DNA from: an uncultured bacterium
Lineage (GTDB): Bacteria; Chloroflexota; UBA5177; JANWHV01
Length of the DNA: 64,000 nucleotides
NCBI GenBank assembly: GCA_963827235.1
Contig: CAWHAE010000011.1
Location: 32,001 to 96,000, forward strand
Reading direction: 5' to 3'
Shown here: positions 41,623 to 53,928 of the stretch, piece after piece
How the letters are laid out: the number at the start of each line of letters is the position of its first letter
Position numbering within the stretch: the first letter of the stretch is position 1
Program-made: the position numbers and the translations under genes
The notes under the pieces: generated by a model
The model's input: only the letters and a program-made list of their open reading frames with translations
Told to the model about the DNA's origin: nothing
The model's database searches: none

Positions 41623-42390
41623 TCAGCCGCCGTGCGCCTTGCGCGTGCGTTCCTTCAGTTCGCGCAGCACGCGCAGCTCCTCGGCCGTTGGCGGCGGCGT
41701 TTCGCCGACCCGGGCCGCATACTTGAGCGGCCAGCCGCAGTTGGCCTGCAGTTGTTCGCGCGCCACGCCCCGATGGATCGAAACCACTGTCATTTCACGC
41801 GTTTCGGCGTCCGGCTCGAGCACGCACAGGTCGGTGATCAGGCGCGTCGGCCCCTTGGTCTTCAGGCCCAGGCGCTGGCGGTGATCGCCGCCGGTGCCAT
41901 GACCCAGCGAGGTGATGAAGTCGAGGCTCGCGACATAAGATCGCACGCCCATGGCCATGGTGATGAACACCTCGCCGCATTGGCTGGCGATTTCCGGTGC
42001 GCCGCCGCCGCCGGGCAGGCGCACCTTCGGCTTCGCGTAATCACCCACCACCGTCGTGTTGAGATTTGCGAAGCGGTCGATCTGGGCGCCGCCGAGGAAG
42101 CCCACGGTGATGCGCCCGCCCTGCAGCCAGTAGCGGAACATCTCGGGGACCGAGACAGTGTTGAGCGCGGTGTCGCACAGCTCGCCGTCGCCGATCGACA
42201 GCGGCAGCACCGCAGGCCTGGTGCCGATCGTGCCCGACTCGTAGATCAGCGTGATATCCGGCGCGTGCGTGAGGCGCGCCAGGTTGCAGGCCGCCGACGG
42301 CGCGCCGATGCCGACAAAGCAGACGTCGTCGTTGCGCAGCGCGCGCGCGGCCACCACGGTCATCATCTCGTTCCCGGAATAGGGGCTCAT
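41623..42390 (-). CDS. catJ: 3-oxoadipate CoA-transferase subunit B (CatJ/GctB type)
   Basis: CFVGIGAPS, LIYESG, FLGGAQIDRFANLNTT, RLPGGGGAPEIA. Confidence 0.88.
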   Translation of the reverse strand: MSPYSGNEMMTVVAARALRNDDVCFVGIGAPSAACNLARLTHAPDITLIYESGTIGTRPAVLPLSIGDGELCDTALNTVSVPEMFRYWLQGGRITVGFLGGAQIDRFANLNTTVVGDYAKPKVRLPGGGGAPEIASQCGEVFITMAMGVRSYVASLDFITSLGHGTGGDHRQRLGLKTKGPTRLITDLCVLEPDAETREMTVVSIHRGVAREQLQANCGWPLKYAARVGETPPPTAEELRVLRELKERTRKAHGG

Positions 42391-43218
42391 GCCCCTGCCC
42401 CCTGCTGCGCGAGCACGTTGGCCTTCATCCAGGCCAGAAAGCTGTCGCGCTCGCGCGCGATCTTGTCCCAGGCGATGTAGAAGCCGTTGTCACGCTGGTA
42501 ATAACCGTGCGCATAAGATGGATGCGCCCCGCGCGGCGCAATGACAATGGCGGTGATCGTCCACGAAGGCAGGATCACGGCATTGAAGGATCGGGGCCCC
42601 AGATCCTCGACGATCTCCTCGACCGTGACGATCGAGCGCTTCGCGGCCAGCACCGCCTGCTTCTGCACGCCGACGATGCCCTCGAGCAGCACGTTGCCCT
42701 GGGCGTCAGCCTTCTGCGCGTGGATCACTGCCACGTCGGGGCGGATCGCCGGCACCGCGGCCAGCACCTCGCCGGTGAACGGGCAGGTCACGCTGCGGAT
42801 CAGCGGATTGACCTTCGGCAGGTCGGCGCCGACGTAGCCGCGCAGCATCGCGAACGGCAGGTTGGCGGCGCCGGCAGTCATAGGCATTGGCCATCGCCGC
42901 ATGCGAATGCTCGACGAGCGCCAGCGGATTGGGCCAGCCGTTCTCGACGGCATCGCGTAGCCGGTGCAAGCTGCCCACGCCGGGATTGCCGCCCCAGGAG
43001 AACACCAGCCGTTCGGCGCAGCCCATGCCAATCAACTGGTCGTAGATCAGGTCGGGGGTCATGCGGTACAGCGTCAGGCGCTTGCGCGCCCTGGCGGATC
43101 ACCTCGTGGCCCGCGGCGAACGGGATCAGGTGTGTGAAGCCCTCGAAGGCGACGCTGTCCCCGTCATGGATGCACTCTTCGACTGCCGCGGCGAGCGATA
43201 GCACCCTGGCCCGATTGC

Positions 43219-43222
<4 letters not shown>
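42387..43222 (-). CDS. catI: 3-oxoadipate CoA-transferase subunit A (CatI/GctA type), two frameshifts
   Basis: EGFTHLIPFAAGHEVIRQ, MTPDLIYDQLIG, FSWGGNPGVGSLHR, HPSYAHGYYQRD. Confidence 0.88.
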
Positions 43223-44436
<1,214 letters not shown>

Positions 44437-44577
44437 GGTGATCCTGTGTGCCCCAGGCGTGGACCGGTATTAATAACTCGCCGATAATAAATGAAATTTG
44501 GCCCCGGCGGCAGGTGCGGCGGCGGGCGACGAGTTCTATGCGGTCTCCTCGGGCCTCAGGCGCATCTCCGCCGTCGG

Positions 44578-44595
44578 TTGCAAGGAAATCGCCAA
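44578..44595 (-). promoter_or_regulatory. Candidate sigma54 -24/-12 promoter for pcaF-catIJ
   Basis: Minus strand TTGGCGATTTCCTTGCAA (GG-N10-GC with TTGCA), about 140 bp upstream of pcaF. Confidence 0.45.
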
Positions 44596-44703
44596 ACCGC
44601 TGCGCTTCGAGCAGTTCACGGGGTTAACGTCCGACAACGTGTACGCCAGCGCCGGGGGGGCCGGTGCACTGCGAGGCGCACCGGCCTTCTTCATGGCGCG
44701 GGC

Positions 44704-45688
44704 TTAAGCAGTGGGCAGCTCGGTGCCGAAGACGCGCTGGTAGAGCTCGGCGACCGTGGCGCGCTCGGCCTCGTCGCACTTGTTGAGGAACGAGAGCGCG
44801 AAGGCGCGCTCCATGGGCTGGAACAGCTGCGCGTTCTCGGCCCAGTGGATCACCGTGCGTGGCGACATCACAGTCGAGAGTTCGCCGGCCATGAAGGCCG
44901 TGCGCGTGAGCCCCGCGAGCGCCACCAGGCGCGCCACGACCTCGCGCCCGGCTGGCGTATCGTAGGCGGGCACCCGCGCAAGCACGATCTGCTGCTCGGC
45001 CGCGGCGGGCAGGTAGTCGAGCGTGGTGACGATTTGCCAGCGGTCCATCTGCCCCTGGTTGATCGGCTGCGTGCCGTGATACATGCCGCTCGCGTCGCCG
45101 AGGCCGATCGTGTTGGCGGTCGCGAACAGCCGGAACGCCGGGTGCGGATCGAGCACGCGGCTCTGGTCGAGCAACGTGAGCTTGCCGTCGGCCTCCAGCA
45201 CACGCTGCAGCACGAACATCACGTCGGGCCGGCCGGCGTCGTATTCGTCGAGCACCAATGCGACGCAGCGCTGCAGCGCCCAGGGCAGGATGCCCTCGCG
45301 GAACTCGGTGACCTGCTGGCCCTCGCGCAGCGTGACGACATCCTTGCCGATCAGGTCAATGCGACTTACATGGCCGTCGAGGTTCACGCGCACGCATGGC
45401 CAGTTGAGGCGCGCGGCCACTTGCTCGATGTGGCTCGACTTGCCGGTGCCATGGTAGCCCTGGACCATAACGCGGCGGTTGTACATGAAGCCCGCGAGGA
45501 TCGCGAGCGTGGTGTCGCTGATCGAAGCGGTAGGCCGGATCGACGGCCGGCACGTGATCGCTGCGCACGCTGAACGCCGGGCACACAAGGTCGCTGTCGA
45601 CGCCGAAGGTCGCGCGCACCGAAGCGCTCGTGTCGGGCACCGAAGCAAGAAGCTCCGGCTCGGTGGGCGTGACGGGCCGGCGCGCCAT
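44704..45688 (-). CDS. CobS-like MoxR-type AAA+ ATPase, 5' frameshift
   Basis: N-domain [24 protein letters not shown], Walker A GYHGTGKS, Walker [32 protein letters not shown]. Confidence 0.92.
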
Positions 45689-46057
45689 CAGCCCTCACCC
45701 ACGCGAATCTCGCCGCCCGCGACCTCGATCGGCACGCGGTCGAGGCCCATGCCCTGGGCCGGCCCCTCGGTGCAGAAGCCGTCGTGCAGCCGGAAGACCG
45801 CGCAATGGTAGGCGCACATCACGCGTTCTCCGGGCAGCAGCAGGAACTTGTCAGGCTGGGAATTGAGCGGCAGCGAGAAATGCGGGCAGTTGTTCACCCA
45901 AGCACGCACCTGCGCACCCTGTCGCCAGACGCAGGACGCTGAAGGCGTTTTCGTCGTCGCCATACTTGACCTCGCGGCACGCGCCTTCGGGCACGGCATC
46001 GAGGCGACATAGCAGGCTGCCCGGCGCGGGCGCCAGTCGGTGGGAGTTCCAGGCCAC
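45688..46057 (-). CDS. Rieske [2Fe-2S] ferredoxin, one frameshift
   Basis: NNCPHFSLPLN and MCAYHCAVF ligand boxes, GFCTEGPA; its stop overlaps the CobS-like start. Confidence 0.88.
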
Positions 46058-46116
46058 GTGGGAGCGGAAGTCGACCCGGACTGGTGCCAGTGCGCTTAAG
46101 GGTAGCCTGCTCCCGC

Positions 46117-47127
46117 TCAGAACTCGACCGGGTAGGGCTTCAGCTTGCCCGACTCGTACATCTCGGGCAGGCCCGGGGAGGCGTTCTCCCAGACGAGCAG
46201 CATCGAGCGCTTCTTCGAGTAGCCCTGGTGGCGGATGTCGGCCGGCATGGCCGCCACGTCGCCGGGCTTCATCTTCACCTTGGCGCGCGGCGCGCCGGTG
46301 TGCTTGTCCTCGATCTCCCACTCGATCTCGTCGGAGAGCTGCACGAACCATTCGACGCGATCGTTGCCGTGCTTGATCGGCAGGATGTATTCCTCGGTGG
46401 TCGGGCAGAAGAGGCTGCGGCCACAGACCGAGGAGACCGAGGGGTTCCACGTCACGTCGGAGCGCGACAGGTAGGCGAACAGGTTGATCGCATGCACCTC
46501 GCCCTCGAAGCCGGGCTCGGCCTTGATGACGGGAGCATCCTGCGCGACGTCGGCGAACGCGCGGTTAACCGGGTAGCCGTTGGCATCGCTGCGCAGCTCG
46601 GCGTCGCCCGGGAGGCCCGGCATGCGCTTGCAAGCCTGGCGCTCACGCTCAATCGCGACGATGTTGCTGCCGTTCTTGTGGCCCACCCACGCGGTGCCGG
46701 TTTCTTCAGGCGAGGCGAAGGGATCGAAGCCGGCGTTGGTCCAGTCGGCCATGATGGCCTTGAAGGTCGCCATGACCAGCGGCGTGTCGAAGGTCTCGAC
46801 CCTGTCGAGGCCCTTGTCCTTGTAAGAGGGATGATAGGTGCCGCAGTACACCTCGACCCGGCCGTAGAGGTTGCGCGTGCCGACCACGGCGTCGAAGTTG
46901 ACCCAGCCGTAGAAGAAGCCCCAGGCGACGTCGCGCATCATGGCGCGCAGGAAAGCGTCGGCGGAGACGATGTGGGTGAGTTGCTGGCCCTTGGCCTCCC
47001 ACTTGACGCGTACGAAATACTCGTCGCGCGAGAAGTTGAAGCCGCCGAGCGTGAAGCTGCGGTAACCAGTCTGGTTGCTGGCCGGCGAAGCCTGGACCGC
47101 TGGCTCCTGGACCGTCTGAGTGCTCAT
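46117..47127 (-). CDS. Hydroquinone 1,2-dioxygenase large subunit, copy 2
   Basis: Intact 336 aa; same signature blocks as copy 1, including HGNDRVE and DIRHQG. Confidence 0.93.
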   Translation of the reverse strand: MSTQTVQEPAVQASPASNQTGYRSFTLGGFNFSRDEYFVRVKWEAKGQQLTHIVSADAFLRAMMRDVAWGFFYGWVNFDAVVGTRNLYGRVEVYCGTYHPSYKDKGLDRVETFDTPLVMATFKAIMADWTNAGFDPFASPEETGTAWVGHKNGSNIVAIERERQACKRMPGLPGDAELRSDANGYPVNRAFADVAQDAPVIKAEPGFEGEVHAINLFAYLSRSDVTWNPSVSSVCGRSLFCPTTEEYILPIKHGNDRVEWFVQLSDEIEWEIEDKHTGAPRAKVKMKPGDVAAMPADIRHQGYSKKRSMLLVWENASPGLPEMYESGKLKPYPVEF

Positions 47128-47217
47128 GGCTATGCCCTCAATACTTTGAATGAGTCGCGAAGAAAAATGTGCAGCAGATTCAAGCGCTGGTGCCGCGAAC
47201 GCGAATCACCTGCATTT

Positions 47218-47727
47218 TCACTTGTAGCATATCTCGGCCCATTTCTGCACCGAGAGATCGCCCATGATCGTCTGCATCATGATGACGCCGGGCTTGCTCG
47301 GGCTGCGGAAGCGGTAGGCGGCGCCTTTAGGCAGCAGCACTTGGTGGCCGCGGCCAGCCTGCACCACGCCCATCTTCTTGCCCTGCGGTTCGCCCTTCAC
47401 GAGCACGGCACCCTTCTTGTCGGGGGCCACGACGCTGTCGGGGGCATCGAGCTTGACCAGATCGACCTCGACGCAGCCATCCATGACGAGCGCGAATTCG
47501 TCATGCGCGGCCGCGTACCAGGGCGAGTTGCCCTCGGCGCGCAGCGTCTCGATCACGTATTCGAGGTTGATCGCGACCACGACTTTCTCGTACGGCTTCG
47601 ATTTGGCCGCCACGTCGAACATGTTCGAGAAGGCGTAGTGCATCGGCTTGTCGTTGACGATCTCGAGATCGCCTTTCGCGTAATCGGCCAGAGAGCCGAA
47701 CACCGTCGTGTATTGCTGCTTGCTCAT
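47218..47727 (-). CDS. Hydroquinone 1,2-dioxygenase small subunit, copy 2
   Basis: MSKQQYTTVFGSLADYAKG...KWAEICYK; paralog of 38738-39244. Confidence 0.93.
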   Translation of the reverse strand: MSKQQYTTVFGSLADYAKGDLEIVNDKPMHYAFSNMFDVAAKSKPYEKVVVAINLEYVIETLRAEGNSPWYAAAHDEFALVMDGCVEVDLVKLDAPDSVVAPDKKGAVLVKGEPQGKKMGVVQAGRGHQVLLPKGAAYRFRSPSKPGVIMMQTIMGDLSVQKWAEICYK

Positions 47728-48107
47728 CGTCATCACCCCGCTAACGATCGCCTTGTAAGAAACGAAGTGCCAGGCAACCGGCCCTCCGGAAGCGTCGCGC
47801 AGCACCGCCCTCGAGACCCGGCGGTGTGCGTCGCAGCAATGGCCCTGTACCTCACCGTGCCCCTCCTCGGGAGCGTTGCCACATTAAGGCGCGAGTCCTT
47901 CCGCCCTAGGTGCGCTTCGCGGCGCGTGCGCTCGCGTCGCGGCAGGAACCTGGAACCTGGAACGGCTCGCGACAGATCACGTCGGGCACGGCACCACGGA
48001 ATGGCGGCCGCCTCCCGATGGACGAACACTGGGATTGTAACTGAGGAGTCAGGAATCCGGAAGCGCTTGCCCCACCGTCGCGGTGGCGGCTCCCGGTGTG
48101 TGGGGCT

Positions 48108-48680
48108 TTACAGAACGAGGCGCACGATGTCGCGCACGTACTTGCGGTCGGAGGCCGCCGTGCTGCGCAGGCCACCCAGGTATACGTGCATGTAGCGCGC
48201 CTCGATGGCGCCGAGCATGGTATCGGCGGCCGCCAAGGCGGCCGCCGCAGGTACCGCCTTCGAGCGCGCCAGCCACTGCGTGAGCGCCGCGCGCAGCCGC
48301 AGCAGCATCGGATCGGCCTTGCTCTTGCCGCGCACCTTGGTCGGCCGCTTCCGCACGCCGGCGGAAATAAGCATGAACAGCGCTGGAACCGCTATCGCAA
48401 AGTAGGAATTGAGGCCAGTGAGGATCGCCACCAGCTGCTCGTCAACCGGCGCTCTTTGGATCGGTCCACGTTGTAGCTGCATCAGCTCGGGCGGATCGTC
48501 CGGCCAGAGCGCCATCATCAACAGCTTGTCTTTTGTGCGCACGCGGTGAAAGATCGATGCCGGGCTGACCTTCAGCCGCTTGGCGATCACGCCCACCGAA
48601 ACCTGAGGGCCTTTCTCGAGGAAAACGCGGCGCGCGGTGGCAACCAGGTCCTCGTCGCTCACCTGCTTGGGTCTGGCCAT
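48108..48680 (-). CDS. TetR/AcrR family regulator
   Basis: MARPKQVSDEDLVATARRVFLEKG...IAKRLKVSPASIFHRVRTKDKL. Confidence 0.88.
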   Translation of the reverse strand: MARPKQVSDEDLVATARRVFLEKGPQVSVGVIAKRLKVSPASIFHRVRTKDKLLMMALWPDDPPELMQLQRGPIQRAPVDEQLVAILTGLNSYFAIAVPALFMLISAGVRKRPTKVRGKSKADPMLLRLRAALTQWLARSKAVPAAAALAAADTMLGAIEARYMHVYLGGLRSTAASDRKYVRDIVRLVL

Positions 48681-48759
48681 AGCGGAAACCTTCCTTGAGT
48701 TAGTAAGTGGTGATCAAGAATGGCACGAGCGACGCGCCGGGGCAAATCCGGCGACAGCG

Positions 48760-48944
48760 GGGAAATGGAGCAGCGTGATCGGCGATGCCAAGATGATGAC
48801 GGCGTTGCTATGGCCGGCTAACCCGTCGCTGCGCCATCATCGAAACCGGCAATGACAGCTACCGATTCAAGAATAGAAAATAGCCCTGCACTCCTGGTAA
48901 ATCTTGGACGCTGGTAGCTGGTCAAAGTTGGACGCCCGTTGACA
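48760..48944 (+). mobile_element. istB: IS21-family relic: istB 3' end plus right end
   Basis: GKWSSVIGDAKMMTALL / IIETGNDSYRFKNRK* (TAG 48881), then two 18-bp direct repeats (48894, 48918) and terminal CCGTTGACA. Confidence 0.85.
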
Positions 48945-49226
48945 CGCGATGGTTTTGGTGCACCTAGGCGGCATCGGGTAGGCTAGCGGGCCGGCTCTGC
49001 GCCAGGTGTCGGATGTTGATGAAACCTATCGCCCAAGATCCGATCTACTGTAAACGTAGTTTCGACACCGACATCATCGAACTCTGCGATGGCGGTAGCG
49101 TTCTTGTTGCTAGCCAGTACTGGGCAACTTCGTACGCGCTGGATCGCGCGACGTGCGTAAATGGGGTTTGGCCGTGGTGGCCAAGCGAATAGCAGTAGTC
49201 GTTATCCTTTCCGGTGGTATTGAGTC

Positions 49227-49607
49227 ATGAAAATCTGGGGCGCGGCACTTGCATTGACGCTGCTGTTCACGATCGACGCCGTGGCTCACCACTCGGAAGC
49301 GGCTTTTGATCAAGACCAGATCATCACCGTGAGCGGTACGGTGAAGGAATACCTGTGGATCAATCCTCATGTTCTGATCTACCTCGAGATCAGCGATGCC
49401 CGCGGTCGATCCGATGTGACCATCTTTCAGGGAGGTCCTCCCGTCGACATGAAGCGCGCAGGCTGGTCACGGGATTCCCTGAAGGCGGGTGACAGGTTAA
49501 CGATCACCTATTACCCGAGGCGCGACACGAAGCCGGGCGGGATGTTGGTCACTGCAACTCTGACAGATGGCAAGGTGCTGGGTTGGCGATCGGCGACCAA
49601 GTCGTGA
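49227..49607 (+). CDS. DUF6152-like secreted protein
   Basis: AHHSEAAFD, WINPHV, LKAGDRLTITYYP. Confidence 0.78.
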   Translation: MKIWGAALALTLLFTIDAVAHHSEAAFDQDQIITVSGTVKEYLWINPHVLIYLEISDARGRSDVTIFQGGPPVDMKRAGWSRDSLKAGDRLTITYYPRRDTKPGGMLVTATLTDGKVLGWRSATKS

Positions 49608-49668
49608 GCGCCGTGGCGACCATTCGGTGGCGTGCCTAATCGCCTTCTTGACGTACATCATGTCCCGC

Positions 49669-51821
49669 ATGTCATCCAGCCCTCGCCAACCTCTCGGCTC
49701 GTATCGCTCCTGTATCGGGATTCTCGGGCTGATCACTGTGTTGAGCAGTTCACAGACGCTCGCACAGCGAGCCGATCAACCGTCCGCCGCGGAAATCATG
49801 GTAAGCCCATCGACGGCGCCGAATGAAGTGGGCGTCGATGTCGAGGAAGTGGTCGTGACGGGCGAGCGGCGTGGCCTGATCGGCACTGCGACTACCGCCA
49901 GCGAGGGCGTTGTCGTCAACGACGAGCTTGCGCTCACGCCGGCGTACCGGCCGGGCCAGTTGCTCGAGACCGTCCCGGGGCTCGTGGTCACCTCCCATAG
50001 CGGCGAAGGCAAGGCCAATCAGTACCTGATGCGTGGCTTCAACCTCGACCACGGCACAAACCTCGGCGTCTATGTCGACGGTATGCCAATCAATGAGCCG
50101 ACCAATGCGCACGGCCAGGGGTACACGGATCTGAATTTCATGATCCCGGAGCTTGCCACCAACATTCGATACACGAAGGGCACCTATTACGCCGCGGAAG
50201 GCGATTTTTCTTCCGTGGGCTCCGTCCACGTGAGTTACTTAGACACAATCGCGCCTGAGGTGACGGTCGCGGTAGGTACTCTGGGCTTATCAGCGCGGCT
50301 TCACGGCTGGATCCACGGCGCTCGGCGAGGGCGTGATGCTCGGGGCTCTGGAATTGCAGCACTACGACGGCCCCTGGGACAACCCGGACGGTCAAAGGAA
50401 GATCAATGCCGTGCTGCGGTACAGCGCGGGCGATGAGCGCGATGGCTATTCACTCAGCGGAATGTTCTATCACGGTGCGTGGAACGCCACGACCGACCAG
50501 CCACTGCGAGCAATCAGCTCCGATCTGATCAGCCGCTACGGCTCGTTGGATCCGTCGGACGGAGGTCTGGCCCAACGCGCGAGCCTTTCCGGGCAGCTCT
50601 TCAGGCGGGCCGGCGAAGGCCAGCTCGCAGTCGATGCCTACGTGATCAGCAATCATATGACTCTGATCAATGACTTTACGCATTTCCTCGTGGACCCGGT
50701 CAATGGGGACCAAGAAGCGCAACATGAAGACCGCACGACGCTGGGTGGCGCCGTCAGCTACTCTCGTATGGACCGGCCGCTGGGGTTCAATACGGACTGG
50801 GTCGCCGGGGCGCAGCTGCGATTCGACGACGTGCGAGTATCGCGCCTGCCGACCAAGGACCGCCAGCCGCTGCCCGTGACTGATGATCCCCTGAGTTTCA
50901 GCGAATCCGACGAGGCTCAGCTCAGGGATATCGGCCTCTATGCTGCAAGCCACCACCCATTGGAATCAGTGGTTCCGAAGCGTGCTGGGTGTTCGTGAGG
51001 AGTTCTATGGTGGACATGATGCCGGCACCAATGCGGGCGCCACCAGCGCATCCCTGTTCCAGCCCAAAGCCAGCCTGATCTTCACTCCGGTCGCCACAAC
51101 CGAATTCTATTTCAGCGCCGGAAGGGGCTTTCACAGCGACGACATCCGCGGCGTGAACCAGGGAGCCATAGGTGGAACGGCGGTCGCGCCGCTCCTCGCC
51201 TCGCAGACCGGCGAAGAGGTTGGCCTTCGACAGCAGATCACGCGTCGGCTCACGGTCACGCTGGCTGCCTTCAATCTCGATGCGCAGTCGGAGGTGACCT
51301 ATAATCCTGACGTGGGCCAGGACAACGCAGGGCCCTCGAGTCGGCGTCGCGGATTCGAGATTAACGCCACGCTTCAGGCCTTTCGCTGGCTAGAGTTCTA
51401 CGGCAGTTACTCCGGAAACCATGCGCGCTTCAAGACACCATATGACGATGGTACCGGCCATGTGGGGACGTTTCTGGCGAACGCCCCTTTTGCTACCGGC
51501 TCCTTCGCCGCATACGTGAAGGATCTCGGCCCCTGGAGTGGGGGCCTGGAGTACCGCTATCTCAGCGCCTTTCCGCTGTCCGCTGACAACGCGATTCAGG
51601 GATCAGGATATGGCGAGTGGAACAGCAATCTCCGTTGCGCCTTTGCGAGCAGCTGGGGCCTCGCGCTCGGCCTCTACAACATCCTCAATACCCGCGCGAA
51701 CGCGGCGGAGTTCTGGTACGTCGACAGGCTGCCGGGCGAACCGGCGGGGGGCGTCGCGGATCGTCATGTGCATCCGCTCGAGCCACGCACCATGCGCATC
51801 ACGGTATCGAAGAACTTCTGA
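49669..51821 (+). CDS. TonB-dependent receptor, two frameshifts
   Basis: VEEVVVTG, LETVPGLVVTSHSGEGKANQYLMRGFNLDHGT, HGQGYTDLNF, C-terminal HPLEPRTMRITVSKNF; split over three ORFs. Confidence 0.9.
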
Positions 51822-52503
51822 TGGTGCACGCCCAACAGCGGAAGTGGCTGTGAGTTCGGCCTATCGGTGGCAACCTGCCGCCTTATTGCATCATCGTCAA
51901 GATTGAGCGAAAGTTCTTGCAGACGCGAGATCGTCCGCAGCCCTGTGCGGAGCGTGGATCGCGTATCACCGGTGATCGTATTTGTCGGTCTGAACCGTCA
52001 AGAACGTTGGGGTTCGGCCTGCCGGTCGCCCCCGACGACCCGGTTCCGGAAGCCCTTGGATTAGGCAACCCGCCTCAGACCTGGGCGGCTACGCACGCGT
52101 TAGCCGATCGACCGACTAGCAAGAGCACTCGTTGCGGTCGCGGCCCCACCATCCTTAACGGTTCCTGGGGAACTTGAACGACATTGGGGCGTCGGCCGAC
52201 GCGTCTCGCAACCGCCTGGCGTCGGCCGGGAACGGCTTACCTCTGTCTCTCGCACATTCAATAGGTTGCAACTGCGCCGGCCAGCCTTGCCCCCATGGAT
52301 CTCGATTGACGACGACGCGCCCCCAATGTCGTTCAAGTTCCTCACAATCACTGCTCTGTCTGAGCCGCAGGTTTCGAATCGGCGGATCCCTGCCCTGCGT
52401 ATAAGCCGTGATGGCGTTGCGGAACTGGCAGTCTAGCCTCTGCATGGGGGCGCACCGCGATTTCTCGTGGCATGTCGACTCCCGCTAACGGAGGCATGTC
52501 GTC

Positions 52504-52902
52504 ATGAAAAGTTTCTTGATCGTCGCAGCGGCCGCTGTGGGTGCGTTCGCTGTAAGCAATCCGTCCGCAGCCGCAGATCCGGCCAAACTCCCGCAGGTAC
52601 GAGTCGAAACATCCCGCATCGTCACAGCCGAAGCTGGCAAGACGTATACCGGACTGCCGATCAGCAACGTCTCGCTTAGCTACGAGGTGAATCTCGACGA
52701 TCTCAACCTCGCGACCGCGACGGGCGCCGCCACTGCGGAGAAACGTATCCAGACTGCCGCTGCGGCCGCCTGCGACGAGATTGAAAAGGCACATCCCAGT
52801 GCGTCGCCGTCGAACGCCGAGTGCGCGAAGAAGGCCGCCGCCGGGCCGCTCACGAAGGTGCGGGCCGCCGTCGCCGCGGCACAGAAGACGACGTCCAAGT
52901 AG
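52504..52902 (+). CDS. UrcA family secreted protein
   Basis: Signal peptide, VNLDDLNLATATGAATAEKRIQTAAAAAC...C. Confidence 0.75.
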   Translation: MKSFLIVAAAAVGAFAVSNPSAAADPAKLPQVRVETSRIVTAEAGKTYTGLPISNVSLSYEVNLDDLNLATATGAATAEKRIQTAAAAACDEIEKAHPSASPSNAECAKKAAAGPLTKVRAAVAAAQKTTSK

Positions 52903-53498
52903 CGGATCCCGGCCTACTGCGTGGCGCGTGTCCCTCGCGCTGGCGGCAACGGGCTCAGCAACCGGTCGCCGACGGCCGTACCGCCACGGATCAGAGTTGA
53001 GCCGCTGACGCACGGCCGCGCGTCGGGCACGGCGCGTTGACCCACGCCCGGGCGCACCACTGTGCGACCGTGGCGCAGGCGGCGAAGCACGCCGCTGAGC
53101 CATCGGCCCGTGTTCGAGGTCGGCAGGTCCGGAAGCGCGCCGCGGGGCTCGGCCCGCGGCCGTCCGACACGCTCGAAAGGGACCGGCTCCGGAAGTGGTG
53201 ATTGAATTGCGCCGAACCGTCAGCGTCGCGGAGCGGCCACGTTAGGAACTAGAGGCGCCTGCCAGAAATCGCGTGGTCGCCGATGGGCCTGTTGCGCGAC
53301 ATCACCGTCGCAATTGATCGATCCGGTCGGGTACGACTGCACGCGGCCGTCAGGGGCTCGGCGGAGCAGCCGCGCTAGAATTTCTTGATCCTGCGGGCGA
53401 GCTGCATGAGTTCACCCTCGCACGAGCAGCCACCGCTCGCTTTGTTGGTCTCGCTCATTGGTGGCAACTCGCCGTTAATTGCTTGATTGACACACACG

Positions 53499-53912
53499 TC
53501 AGTGCTTACCGGCATCCAATGCCACGCCCCGGCGCTCGTAGGTGACATAGGCCTGCAGCGCAATCATTTTCGGGTCATCCGCGGCGAGCGCCTTGCCTTC
53601 GAGGGGGTTTCGCAGGCACCAGTTGATCATTTCCCAGAGTGGTACGACCCGACCAAGCTGCTTCTGGAACTTCGGATAGGTCTCCGGGTGCGTGTTCGCC
53701 GCATTAGGGTGGCACCTCGCGCACGTCACGCCGTTGGCGCCGAGTTTGCCGTCGCTCCAGAGCGCGCGCCCCGCCTCCACAACGGTCATGAACTGCGCCT
53801 GCCAGCGCGTCACATCGTCCTGCGTGAACTCGTCCGCGGCTGCTGTTTGCGAGACCACTACCGTGCACAGCGTCAGGACAGCGATGCAGTGTCGGCAATT
53901 GCGTGTCGTCAT
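53499..53912 (-). CDS. Monoheme cytochrome c with SoxA-like C-terminal motif
   Basis: Signal peptide, CARCH, TYPKFQKQLGRV..MINWCLRNPLEGK. Confidence 0.8.
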   Translation of the reverse strand: MTTRNCRHCIAVLTLCTVVVSQTAAADEFTQDDVTRWQAQFMTVVEAGRALWSDGKLGANGVTCARCHPNAANTHPETYPKFQKQLGRVVPLWEMINWCLRNPLEGKALAADDPKMIALQAYVTYERRGVALDAGKH

Positions 53913-53928
53913 CGCGCGTCTCCAGCGA

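Noticed and set aside
46084-48195. 703-aa plus-strand ORF, and similar long ORFs at 10533, 13614, 33698, 37504, 40111 and 54806
   Set aside because: Antisense shadows of well-supported minus-strand genes in high-GC DNA, with no recognisable motifs.
53375-53458. GFA-family N-terminus (MSETNKASGGCSC)
   Set aside because: Too short, with no further Cys motifs.
53499-53912. Sox sulfur oxidation system
   Set aside because: Only a short SoxA-like monoheme domain; no soxXYZ, and the phosphoesterase lacks the size and C-terminal domain of SoxB.
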